A DNA stretch of 64,000 bases from Paraspadella gotoi (lineage: Eukaryota > Animalia > Chaetognatha), in assembly GCA_051294375.1 (NCBI GenBank), contig CM119270.1, positions 20,606,417 through 20,670,416 on the forward strand, read 5' to 3'. The translations under genes were made by a program, and so were the position numbers. The notes under the pieces are model-generated. The model did not search any database and was not told the DNA's origin. It saw only the letters and a list, made by a program, of their open reading frames with translations. This document shows positions 1 through 12,822 of this stretch, in pieces (the first letter of the stretch is position 1; each line of letters begins with the position of its first letter).

Positions 1-2333
1 AAAAATATAAAAGAAAACTAGTTAAATATAAATTAACCACTGATTTCAACTCAATTAAAAATAAATCAAAAAATCAATGGAAAATCGAAGTAAAAAAGAG
101 AATAAAAAAATTAATAAACAAATAAAAAGAAAATATGAAGAGGAAGAATAAAAATAAAATATAGTTAAAGGACGAAAAAAGGGATAGAAGATAGAAGGAA
201 TGATTATTTTTTAATTATTTATAAGTTCATAAAATTCATGAAAAAATTCTAAAATTGATCANNNNNNNNNNNNNNNNNNNNNNNNNNNNNNNNNNNNNNN
301 NNNNNNNNNNNNNNNNNNNNNNNNNNNNNNNNNNNNNNNNNNNNNNNNNNNNNNNNNNNNNNNNNNNNNNNNNNNNNNNNNNNNNNNNNNNNNNNNNNNN
401 NNNNNNNNNNNNNNNNNNNNNNNNNNNNNNNNNNNNNNNNNNNNNNNNNNNNNNNNNNNNNNNNNNNNNNNNNNNNNNNNNNNNNNNNNNNNNNNNNNNN
501 NNNNNNNNNNNNNNNNNNNNNNNNNNNNNNNNNCATTATGAGCAGAATAAATCAAATCAAATCAAATCTCTCTATCTCTCTATCTCTCTCTCTATGTAAA
601 GTAAAGATTGATCAATTTTAGAATTTTTTATGAATTTTATGAACTTAAATAATTAAAAAATAAGTCATTCCTTCTATCTTCTATCCCTTTTTTCGTCCTT
701 AATCTATATTTTATTTTATTCTTCCTCTTCATATTTTCTTTTTATTTATTTTATTTATTATTTATTTTCTTTTTATTTACTATTTTTTTTCTTTTTATTT
801 ATTTTATTTACTATTTTGTCTTTTTATTTATTTTCTTTTTTTTTCTTTCTCCTTTTCTCCATTCTTCGTTTGTCGGCCCACGTTCCTCCTTCGGGTTCCT
901 AGGAGCGTTTTGATTTGGCAGATTCGCGATCAGCGNNNNNNNNNNNNNNNNNNNNNNNNNNNNNNNNNNNNNNNNNNNNNNNNNNNNNNNNNNNNNNNNN
1001 NNNNNNNNNNNNNNNNNNNNNNNNNNNNNNNNNNNNNNNNNNNNNNNNNNNNNNNNNNNNNNNNNNNNNNNNNNNNNNNNNNNNNNNNNNNNNNNNNNNN
1101 NNNNNNNNNNNNNNNNNNNNNNNNNNNNNNNNNNNNNNNNNNNNNNNNNNNNNNNNNNNNNNNNNNNNNNNNNNNNNNNNNNNNNNNNNNNNNNNNNNNN
1201 NNNNNNNNNNNNNNNNNNNNNNNNNNNNNNNNNNNNNNNNNNNNNNNNNNNNNNNNNNNNNNNNNNNNNNNNNNNNNNNNNNNNNNNNNNNNNNNNNNNN
1301 NNNNNNNNNNNNNNNNNNNNNNNNNNNNNNNNNNNNNNNNNNNNNNNNNNNNNNNNNNNNNNNNNNNNNNNNNNNNNNNNNNNNNNNNNNNNNNNNNNNN
1401 NNNNNNNNNNNNNNNNNNNNNNNNNNNNNNNNNNNNNNNNNNNNNNNNNNNNNNNNNNNNNNNNNNNNNNNNNNNNNNNNNNNNNNNNNNNNNNNNNNNN
1501 NNNNNNNNNNNNNNNNNAAAAAAAAAAAAAAAAAGAGAAAATGCTTTGGATTCTGAGTCGATGCCAGATGGAACCTTCGTTGCTCCTGGTGACTGGAATC
1601 CATGATGGAAAAGAAGGAGGATAAAAAGGAAAAAGGGAGGAAAAGAAAAAAAAAGAAATGGAGGAAAGTAAAAGGAGAAAGAGGAAGGAAAAAAATGGAG
1701 GAGAGGAAAGAGGAAAAGGGAGGAAAGGAAAAATGTAGGACAGACCGATGGACAGACATACCGACGGACCGACAGACTGACAGACCGATCGAAAAGTGAC
1801 TCATAGAGTTAAAAAAGAGAAAGGAAAAAAAAATTGCATAAAATAAGGAAGAGGCTTCCTCTGATCAGGTGCCCGAAAAAGATAAGTTAGAACTTACCTC
1901 GTCGTCGGAATATTAAGTTGCGAGGAATAAAATAAATTACGAATTACAAAAACTCGTTGAAAAAAAAAAGACCGAGGTGAAAATTTGGGTGAACAAAATC
2001 ATAATCTTTATTAAAAGAAAAAAAACCTCTAAGAATTAAATATAATACCTGTGATATAGTCGTAGGTAGTTTTATTTTTAAAAAAATATTTCAGAAATTG
2101 AAGAAAAATTACGAAGATGCCTATTATTTATTTCTACCACTTTACATCTCGAAACATAAAAAGACGAAATTGAAAATTTTCATTGAAATATGAAAAGCAG
2201 TGGAGCGACTGAATAGTGAAAATGGAAAAGAAATAAAGCAGAAAAAGCAAAAGGGAAAAAAGTTAAAGAAACGAGGAAGGGTGAGTAAAACCTGTCGACG
2301 GAAACATTTTGAGAGAGAGAGATGAGAAGAGAT

Positions 2334-2405
<72 letters not shown>

Positions 2406-2494
2406 CGAGGGTGACGTGAACCCACTGTTTTTATTACGGGTAACCCCGATTTAACGAACACCGTAAACTCTACCCAAACTTCGACGCCATGAAA

Positions 2495-2526
<32 letters not shown>

Positions 2527-3383
2527 TTATGGAGAAGTGATGGGAATATTTTTCACAGAAAAAAAGTGAAAATGAATGTGAGAGTGAGAATTTGGCCGGA
2601 AAGGTGAAGGACTCGAAAGTCTTTATTTTCAGGCGAAACTGAAACAGATTTAGTTTATTGTCTTCGTTGTTGTCGTTGTTGTCGTCGTCGTCGTCGTCCT
2701 TGTTGTCGTCGTCGACGTCGTCGTTGTTGTTGTCTTTATCGTCGTTTTCGTCGTAATCTTTGTCGTCATCATCGTCTTCTTCGTTATAGAGTAAAATGAA
2801 GACCAAAATGGCAAAGAAAAAATGAAAACAAATATTAGTAATATAATATAAAATTTTAAATATTAGAAATTAGCAAATATTTGTTAGAAACAATTGTAAA
2901 ACATTTAAAAAAAATACTTTTAATGCTTGTTGGCCAATTACCAATAACGTGATTGGTAAAACAGTGCTTGCTAAATAAAATTTGCCTTAAAACATGGAAT
3001 CTCATTTCTGTGAGGTGAGCGACTTTGGCTGTGAGAATGACTTTTTTAGGCGATTCTGGTGATTGTGGTGATTCCCGTGATGCGTTTTCAAATTTGGATT
3101 CACAAGAGAAAATGTGATCCAATTTTCTGACTCACGAAGTTTCTTGTCGCCGCAGGATTAAGGAAGGTGAAAGAAAAAGAAAGAAAGAAAGTTAAAAAAG
3201 GATGGAAAGAAAGAAGAATAGAAAGAGAGAAAAAAGAAAGAAAGAAAAGACGAGGGCAAGAAAGAAAGAGAGAAAGAACGATAGAAAAATGAATAAAAAA
3301 AAAATGAAAAAGAGAATTTTTTTTTTCGTCGGGTAAGGAAGTGATAAAAAAGAACGAGGAGGGAAGAGGGAAACCATCAGAAT

Positions 3384-3460
<77 letters not shown>

Positions 3461-3693
3461 AATGAAGGGAAAAGCCATGGGCCGTAATGCTCTCAAGACG
3501 ACGAAGGTGGCAGAGCGTCAGATGAAAGGAGGCAAGGTGAGGACCAAGCGTGAGGTGGGAGTGGGTGGGTGGTTATTAGGGTGGGTTATCCGGTAGTAAG
3601 GTGGGCAGGATAGGCAAGCAGGGTGGAAAGAGGATTGACGTCACAACGGATAAATTGAGAGAAAAAATTTGATAAAGTTGTCGAGGAGGATGA

Positions 3694-3752
3694 GGAACTG
3701 GGTCCAAGACTTGGAACTGGGTCCAAGACTTGGAACAGGGTCCAAGATCTTG
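3694..3752. repeat. 18-bp tandem repeat ggaactgggtccaagactt x3
   Basis: Directly visible. Confidence 0.85.
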
Positions 3753-5458
3753 GGGAGTCGCTCCGCCTTCGCGGAGGTTTTACTCGCTTACTCGTGGTTT
3801 GGGATTGAACGCGGTACCTAATGGTCAGGATCATTTCGCTTCGGGGGGGGGGGAGTTGACTTGGGAAAATCCCACTACATATATTCCGTCGCGGTCGTGA
3901 AATGAACTCGAGGGTGAAATCGTTTGAGGCTGTGAGACTGCGAGTCTGTGAAGCTGTCAGGCTGTGAGGTGGTGAGACTGTGACACTGTGAGGGGGACAT
4001 CAGTGAACAGGAGGAAAGCAACGAAAGAAAGAAACAGTAACGTTATGCAAATTTGGTTAAACGTCTGAAAAAAAAGAAGAAAAAAATCTGTTTTGTATTC
4101 TTTTTTTTTGTCGCGACTAAAATCCATCAACGCGATTGTTGTTGTTTTTGTTGTTGTTTTGATGTTGTTGTTGCTTTGTTGTTGTTTTTGCTTTGTTGTT
4201 GTTTTTGCTTTGTTGATGTTGTTGTTGTTGTTTTTTTAACGTTTTTTTTTGACATTTTTTTTTGTTTGAGCAAAACATTGAGTACAGTGGGGAGCGAAGA
4301 TAACGAGAAGACGAGAAGAAAGATGACGACGACGACGATGAAGCCGACGACGACGAAAACGACGACGACGAAAACGACGACGAAAACGACGACGACGAAA
4401 ACGACGAACATTTTTGTATCCATGAAATTCTTTGTAAACTAAAACACACACAAATAAACATTACATAAAACGTTAAATCAAGCACCTGATTAACAACTTT
4501 AAATAATTTAATTTAATTAAGCACTTGATTAACAACTTTAACGCTGCTACGTTAATCTTTGAATTTAAATGAGATTTGGATTTTTTCTTAAAAATAGAAA
4601 CTTCGCTAAAACGAGGTCGATAGCATTTGTCGCTGATTGCGAAGTCGAAGCCGACAATAACGAAATCGTTTTTAAGGAAGAGAAGACAAGAGAAAAAGGA
4701 AACTAGGTGGAGGAGGAAGAGGAGGAGGAGGAGATGAAAGGGGGCGTGGCTTGTACCCAAAATACCTTGGGCACAAAATGGAAAAAAATCGGGAAAAAAA
4801 TAGGGAAAGAAATAAAAAAAAAGTATTTTTTTTTTGTGAAGGAAAAACACAATTCGTCACTAGAAAGTTGAAAGTCGATAGTACAACAGCTCAGTAAAAA
4901 TATTTGGCTATAGTTAAATTAAGAAGTAGAAATTTTTTTTTTTTTATATATTTTAAATGCTTTTTTTTGTATTTCGTACGCCATATCTTTATTGAACTTG
5001 AGCGCGGCAGAAAATTTTTAAACGAAAACATCGAATAAGTGTAACCATTGTAAGTATTCTTTCACCGAGAAAAAACTTCAGTGATACTCAACAATATTTG
5101 TCGATTTTATGTGAATAAAATAAAATAAAAAACAAAATAACAAAATAAAATGAATGTCGAGTTTCGGCGTCGTTTTAGTTTCATTTCAGTTCGATCCATA
5201 ATTTTTATACATTCCATTTAAACATTAAAAAAAAATACAATATTTTAAAAATAATTAATGTTTTTATTCTTATTTTCTTTTTTTCTTTATTTCGCTGTTT
5301 TTCCATTTAATGTTTCCGTAATTTTTATCTCCTTTTGTAATTACGTTCATGTGTTTTTTTTAATTTATTTTTTTTTGAAGTCGTAAAAATTCGAGTTGAA
5401 CAAAAAAATGAACGAAATTATTTTTTATCACCGCCGTGGTAATACCGAAAACAGGAGG

Positions 5459-5517
<59 letters not shown>

Positions 5518-5793
5518 GCGAGACGTTGATATGGAGTAGAGTGCGTGAGACGTGTGAGGTTCGCATGAGGCGAAGAAAGGAAGAGGAGGAGGAGGAGGAG
5601 GAAGAGGAGGATGAAACTGACGAAAAACGAGAAGGAAAAAAAAATGTGAGATAAAAATAGTTAAGACTCTTTTCCTTTGGCCTTCACTGCCTTTTCATTT
5701 GAACATTTAAATACAACGACGACGATATAGACAATAAGAACGACAATAATAAATTCGACAACAACAACAACAACACATTCAAGAAATTTTTAG

Positions 5794-5914
5794 TCTGCGA
5801 CTTCTTGTTGATCCGTGAATGAAGTGAGGGAAGCTGAGGAGTGACGGCGACGAGTCTACACTACACTCGACAGCCGACTTAGCTCCTTCTCCACGGATCT
5901 AACCCGAAGCTAAG
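5794..5914 (+). other. Possible non-coding (5' UTR) exon
   Basis: ttttag| ... aag|gtaagt with a perfect donor; stops occur in all three frames. Confidence 0.3.
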
Positions 5915-6151
5915 GTAAGTCCTCTTTTATTTTGAGAATAAAAAATGTGAAGTGCGATTAAAAAAAGATTAAGAAAACATTAATGTTCGATTCACGAGGG
6001 GAAGAGTAAAAATGATGGAAAGAAAAACTTAATCATCGACTTTTTATGCATAATGTTTAATTTAGTATTAAACTTTTGTCCGGATTTTCGTGCTGAATTA
6101 TCACGGTGATAGAAATATTTTTGAACAACCATCCAAGCTGCAAAGAACGCT

Positions 6152-6213
<62 letters not shown>

Positions 6214-6480
6214 GCATAATCATTAATGCTAAAAAATTTACTCATTAAACTTATTCTACTTGTAAAAATGCTTCAAAAATGCGAGTCTTAACTAACAATG
6301 CATCTGACCTAATTCTTGACAAGGAGGAAACAGCTTATTTGATTATAAATAAATATTATTAACATTAACACCAACAACAACAACAACAACAGAAACGACG
6401 ATATTGAATCCTGAGCGAAGCCTGAAAAGTTTAAGGGTCAAAAGTTCCATCTCTTACCCAGGAAGAGAATGGCAATGTCA

Positions 6481-6518
<38 letters not shown>

Positions 6519-6519
6519 A

Positions 6520-9500
6520 ATAGCAGACGCTATTAACGACTATGAATTCGTCAAACCCAGAGGTCTCATATGACCCGGCCGAAGACACTCTGCTCAAGGC
6601 GTGCGAAGATGATCAAAGTCCTCTCACATATTCATCTGATGAAATCTTACCTAACAGATGACTTTCTCTGAAGAATTGGTAGATTAAACAAGCATTCTGG
6701 AGAGTCGATTTGCAGTTGACTCATATAGATAGATGTCATCTACATGTTATTTGTTTTATTGAGATATCCAGAGCAGCTGATAATTATGTGCTATCCTTAT
6801 GGGGAGTATGTGATATCACAAAATTGAGGAATGAAGACCCCCTCCTGTATTCTTAGGAGAAGAAATTACAGACCGAAAAAGTAAAGCACAAAGGAAAGAA
6901 AAGGCATAGAGAAGCCAAACTGGAGACGCCACAGCACACTACAAGGCAGTCAACGAAAATAAATAGCTCCAACAACAGCCAACACCAAGTCAATATATGC
7001 AACACAACCGGCACCAGGCCAAAATTTGTGGAATTAGCCTCAAAACGCCCCCACCTTGGACCAGAAAACACAATAACGCAGAAGATATTCTTATCAGATT
7101 TACACAAATAAAAATGACTATCTAATCACTCCCAGTACAAATAATACATCCCGATGGGGGATCCACGCTAAAACCAGTTCCCGCCCAAAATAGGCACAAA
7201 TGCCCAGAAAATACTAAATCCAGCTGATAAACCTGCCCAGACGAAAAACCCAAAAATATCTGCCCCAAGGGGAAAGCCCGATCTGGAATCAACAATACAA
7301 ATGTCCCTGAGGGAGGAGAATTTGGTCAGCATACCAAAGTGCCCGATTCAGGTACAGCATAATACCACAGAACGAAAGTGGAAGAAGCAGAGACAGCGGA
7401 AATAGAGCCGGACGACATTGGATGCCTCTGCCGGCGTTCCACGGAGACGCCACGAGACCGGAAGTGATCAAGAATGAGGCGATCCCACGCAGCTTTGATT
7501 CAGGCGACGAGAATCCACTAGAACAGCGGCCGCAATCGGCCAGAAACCAACCGATGAAAAACTCCCCCCGCCATGCGGCGAGGCCGACTGTCAACTAAAG
7601 GAGAGATAGCGGCGGCGCAGCAGAATGCGTGGACACGCTCGCACAATGAGGAGGGCACTCGAAGAATGGGCGTGACGCAGGAGGAACACGTCTTGCGCGT
7701 GCGATCTATATTTGATAGCCATTCATGAGTATAAGAGATAACCTAGAAATTAATCATAAATAACCTTATATTAAAGGAATTAATGAACGACGGGTCGACT
7801 TCTTATCCATCATAGTGCCAAATGCCCGAAAAATGGCGGGAAAAGTAGTCAAAGACGTCACGTAGACGCTACGGCCCACTAACAAACCCGTCGGCGACTG
7901 CGGTGGCGCCATTTTTAGCAGGGTTCTGCTACATCTTCAACTTGAAGGCGCGTCTGCGAAAAGGTTTTCCATCATGTCTAAACTGCAGATTACCCAGAAG
8001 GCGAGGCTTGCAGGAAGAAAGTAAAAATATTCGACTAATCAGCATAGCCAGCACGCTCCACGCCGACGCTATTGCAGCTGAGGAGATCCGAGGGTTCCCG
8101 CTACTCCTGGTTCTCGTACGACCTGTGCCTCCAGATACGCTTCGCGGCGCGCTGAAAGAAATAAATCCAGCCGAGCGGTCGCCGACGCAATCGCGGCGCG
8201 ATTTTCCATCTTTATGCAATTTACCACACCCAATAACAATAGCAACGGACCTACGGGAAAGAATTCGTAACAAACGTCTGGGACGCCTGAAAGACGTTCC
8301 TTCGCTTCTCCACCGGCCATTTCCGGCCTGTCCCAGAAGAATTCGGAACCTGGGCGGAGAAGATGAACGCACACCATCGTCGATTTACTTTTCCGCCGCA
8401 TGGATACCTGAGCGGAGAAACCATGGATGCCGACCCTTGGCAATCAGTCCCATCAGAAGCCATCACATAGATTCGCCGTGAGAATGAGCACGACCTGCCA
8501 GACATCACCCTTTCGCCTCTTTTTGGAGGAGCACACGCCCACCGCCGAGTAAGACCGAAGAAAGCGGAGGCCGCAGATGGAGACCGGGACAAGGCGACTA
8601 TTTTGAGAGGGAAAGACATCTCGCATTGAGGAATTGATTGAGAGAATTTGGCGCAAAGAGAGAAACCTGAGACGCCGCCAAGCCTCATCCTCGTGAATGA
8701 CCGCCGAGTTTTGGCGTCGGTGAAAAAGTTCCTTATTTGAAAGAAATTTGTAGAAAAAGAAAAAACTAACAAAAAGTGTAAATCTTTATGTTACAAACTA
8801 TGCCAGAAATATGAAAATATGCCAACGATTCTAAAAAAAGAGGGTAGATGAACTTCTTAATGTTGGATCAATGGAACGGCAACAAGCCTCGAGTTGTGCA
8901 TAAGACAGCACTATGAAAAAAAGATCCGCGCTAGGGCGGCAGCCGCCCTCAATCGGAAGAAAACTGATCTTTTTTTTTCAAATGTTATAGTGTCCGAGCA
9001 CGTGGCCTTTGCCGTGCTCCTCACGCCGTTCATATACTTAGTGGCAGCGCGTGCCATTTGGCACCGCGTGAACCACGCCTCAAGATGTAAAGTGGAGAGC
9101 GACGAGAGCTTGCTACCGGGACGTTAGTACTTAAAGACGACCCACAGATGATACACGCCACCTTGGAAACGCGGTTGCAGCACGAGGGATCGCCCGCGGC
9201 GCGTTCACGCTCTACGTACACGCCCCCTGTTAACTTCGGCACAGCGGGACCGTCCTTTCCAGTTCACAGAAACGACGAGATGGCCCACTTGTTGCACGTG
9301 AAACTTCTGCATTAGCCGGCTAGCGAAAAAAAATCAATTAGCATCATATTAATTTAGCAGACAGTAAATTGCGAAACTTATTACTATGCCGAAAATGGGT
9401 CTATTTCGTCCCGTGATGCAGACCTTTTCTACTTCATTCGATTGAACGCATTTTGATGCCAAAAACATCAAAAACGCACCTGCCAGTTGCCCATGAGCAA

Positions 9501-9600
9501 TCTGTCATACACAAACTCTTCAGTATTTACTAAAACAAGCCATTCTCTGCTTATCGAATTCAAAACAAATTACATATGAATTTCCTTTAGAGATACAAAA
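6520..9600 (+). mobile_element. Decayed/indel-rich non-LTR retrotransposon (LINE) ORF2: reverse transcriptase with probable upstream APE endonuclease remnant
   Basis: ORF 7903-8481 reads APFL..YIFNL....GFPSCL...P...G.QEESKNIRLISIASTL, matching the LINE RT pattern LAxIFNxSLxxGxFPxxWK...PK..NYRPISLL. Further motifs follow in order across frameshifts: IATDL (DLxKAFD-like, ~8241), LSPLF (~8510), ADGD (YADD-like, ~8575), W..E.NL...AAK (~8650), RVLGV (~8705). Weak THID/CDH-like APE motifs at ~6720-6820. Boundaries approximate. Confidence 0.72.
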
Positions 9601-9829
9601 ATATATTGATATAGACAATCGATAATACTATATATGACTACCGAAACACATTTAGTTCATCGCAAACGGAAGTAAACAAAATGAATAGGAACAGAATATT
9701 TAACTAGCAAAAAAAAAAAAGCGAAACAAAAAATAACCAAACATCAAACGAATCTAAAAATGAACATAATAATACTAAGTCTAAACGCGCGGGAATAAGA
9801 ATTTTCCGGCCATGAATAAAACCGCCACG

Positions 9830-11564
9830 GGTGGGCGCCTGATGATGTACAGCGGGATTAGTTAATTGACCGCGACAACGGGCAACGGGTCGTAATACTG
9901 CCCTGATAGGACAACGGGCGCCAACTCGCCGAGCAGCCCGGTGCGGCCTCGGTAGGCTGCCCTCGGAACCGCAGTAAATAACTGGGCTGGTGGCGGCTAG
10001 AGCTGGCGTCGGCGTCGGTGTTGGCCGTTGGCGCGGGGGACCGGGAACAGCGCCGGGCCTTCCCACGCTCCGAACGCCTTACTCCTCGGCGAGTCCAGAC
10101 GGCCGCCTTGGGTCCGGCCCCAGCGCCTTCTGGCCTCCCGACGATTTCACCACCTGTGACGCCATCATTGCGCGACGGCGCAAGGGGCTTTCGATGTTCT
10201 TAGGAATCCGGAATGCCTTTGACGACGCCCGGACCCGGCCGCGCAGTGGATCGGCCGTCTCAGGCGCTCACCCACTTGGGGTGAGCGAATCGGAACTTCT
10301 TTCGGGGCGATTCGAGAAGCGGCCTTCGCCTTGGAAGACCCCGCCCTATTGCCCCGAACCCCAGAACGATTTTCTGCTTGCTTTTTTCCCACCGCGAGAC
10401 CTCTTTGATTTTGGGCTCGACGGCCCTCCTCGGACCGAGGGTGAAACAGGCCGCCTGGACCGTTTGCGGCAAGATGCGTCCTCCAGGAGAGACGGACGAC
10501 GAGAACAAAGATAGTCCCGGGGAGAGATGATGAACGAGTCGCCAGATCGAACTCCCCGCCGGGCGAGGAGGGACGAGCGGCGCCGCGACTCTCGCCACCC
10601 CATGAATCACTGAGAGCTGGCACCGGCCGCCGGAACAGAGGTCGAGGCGGCCTGAGACGACCCGCTGGGCGCCACGTGAGGTCGGCGGAACGCCTTGGCG
10701 GGAGTCCCAGCGGAACCCACCGTGGTCGAGGACGCGCGTCAGTGTCGGGGCGCGCCTGAGCCTGAGAAAACAACGGAGGCACACTATGAGAATAAATCTC
10801 GATTCCACCATTTCTTAAGAAACTAGACGGTCAAAGACAAAAGCAAAACAAAAAGCTAAGAATAACGAGTTACTTACGAGAGGCAGTGCGCCACGCCCAA
10901 ACTTTTGACCGACGACGACATGGTCCGGCATCCTTGAAAAAAAAAAAAAAAAAGTAGAAAAAGTAGATCAAAATAAACAAACGATAAGTAGATGAAATTT
11001 AAACAGACGAATAAATAAATAAAATAAATAATCGAACAAATAAATAAACGTAGGAGAACGATAGAAACAGGAAGAAAAACAGGAAGCTACGAGTTCTTAC
11101 CGGCGGCGTCCACTGGACGATTGCGGGCAGTGATAGCGGCCATAGGTGCCCGGCGAAGGCATCCACCTATCGCCGAGCGGTTCGCTGGTCGTGCGGCCAA
11201 ACTTGGACACTGAGAGAATGGAAGAATGGCGATAAATAATAACAGCGAAAAACAAAACGAACTAAAGAAAGCACGAATCAGGCAGAAGAACTAGCTTTAC
11301 ATAAAATGTATGTAAAATACTTACAGCGGCAGGTGGCTCTGTGAGCCCGTCACCTCCATGGAAGTCGAACCTGGCCATAAATAGACCCGCCGCGATGACA
11401 GCGGGCACCTGCAGACGCGGCCTGCGACAGGCATTCGCCGCCCATCCAGGGCTGACCGCGAAGATCCCAACGGGCCGGACCGTGAATATTCACCGCAGCC
11501 GCTGGAGGCCGGCGGCGATAGATTGACCCATCCCGATATATTCACAGCAGAGGTCGCGAGCCTT
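9830..11564 (-). other. GC-rich spliced gene-like island (candidate exons ~11564-11325, 11209-11101, ~10932-10878, 10761-~9830); product unidentified
   Basis: GC-rich blocks are separated by ~110-170 bp AT-rich spacers that read GTAAG...pyrimidine-AG on the minus strand (e.g. gtaagtaactc...ttttctcag at 10877-10762; gtaagtattt...ttctctcag at 11324-11210). Frames are broken by indels and no protein family was recognised. Confidence 0.45.
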
Positions 11565-12513
11565 CTGAGTAAATAAAGGCGCCCGTCTCGACGAATATAT
11601 AGAAATCATGATAGAGTATCTACGAGAGATAGGACTAGGATATTAAATGACAAATATATCACTCCGTTCCCCCCGCCCAACAACGGAACTAAAAGAACGA
11701 GGTACTCCCAAGGGGGTGTGTCCGAGGCCGCGACAAAAAGGAGCGAAATAGAGATACGTGAACGCGCACACGTCCGGAGGAAGGGGCCCGAGTAGCGCCG
11801 CCACCGCCGACGGCGCCCCAAGCCTGCGACTGTGAAAAGCGCTTTGGCTCGCCGTCATCGCCTGGGATCGTCCCAATGTAGTTTCCCTTCTCCATCACAA
11901 AATGTAACTGAAAGGTGGAGGCCATCGGGCAAATTGAAGCTGCCTATCAAACAGCGCACGCAGAAATATCTCGTCCAAGGTACCGTAGGACGCCGGGAAT
12001 GGAAAATAAACGTCGAAGATGAAGAATCTTTGCGGCCATTCAAATCTTGAAACGAGTTTGTTCCTTTTAAGCGAATAAAAAAAGGAATGGTCTTTGAGTG
12101 GAGCTGGCAAGCGTGGTTGTGAAGTCGACTCCCAGGAGACTTCGCCAAACTTTTTCTGAGAATTCAACGAGGAGAAGGAAGAGGAAAGAGGAAAACCGAT
12201 CGGCGAGGACGCCGAGAACTGCAGCCCGGAGGGCGAGAGGAAACAAAAGTCACCGCCGAGTGGAAGAAATATGTACCACGAGCCGAAAAGAGGATGAAAT
12301 ATACACGCTGGATGAAAGAGGAGGCGGCAACGCATCGACAACGACCAAGCCTAGAGTAACTTTTACTAGGACGGATGATTGATTAGTCGAGGATAAAAAT
12401 ACATACGTTAATAGGGCTGTTCATGAAAAAGATGGCCCCGAGCGGCCGGGGGCCACCCCTGACCGAGATATAAATTTGTATAACATGGAGCGAAGAAAGA
12501 TTTACGAGCCCAC

Positions 12514-12822
12514 CGCCGTTGCTACGAGAGAAAAACATTGTTAAAACGTCTAACATGAAACGAATAATAAGGTCACCGTGCTAGGAGTAATACGAGCGCG
12601 ACCACGGTGGAGCTGAGCGCGGATCAAAAAGGCGGGAAACATAAAAAAAATCGCCGTCGTTGCTACGAGACCAAAAAAAAAGTTGTTAAACGTCTAAAAC
12701 ATGAAACGAATAAGCACGTCAACCGTTGCTAAGAGAATTAATCAAGCAGGTCCAGGATTGAACAGACGCACGAATAAAAAAAGAGCGGGAAACATGATTA
12801 AATCCGTCAGCCGTTGCTAGAC
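12514..12822. repeat. Degenerate tandem repeat, ~140-150 bp unit x2, with recurring CGTTGCTA motif
   Basis: cgttgctacgaga...ttgttaaa(a)cgtctaa(aa)catgaaacgaataa...gcgggaaacat occurs at ~12516 and ~12657. The (c)cgttgcta motif occurs 4-5 times. Confidence 0.75.

Noticed and set aside
249-1804. ORFs composed mostly of X
   Set aside because: They are read-throughs of N-gaps (262-533, 936-1517).
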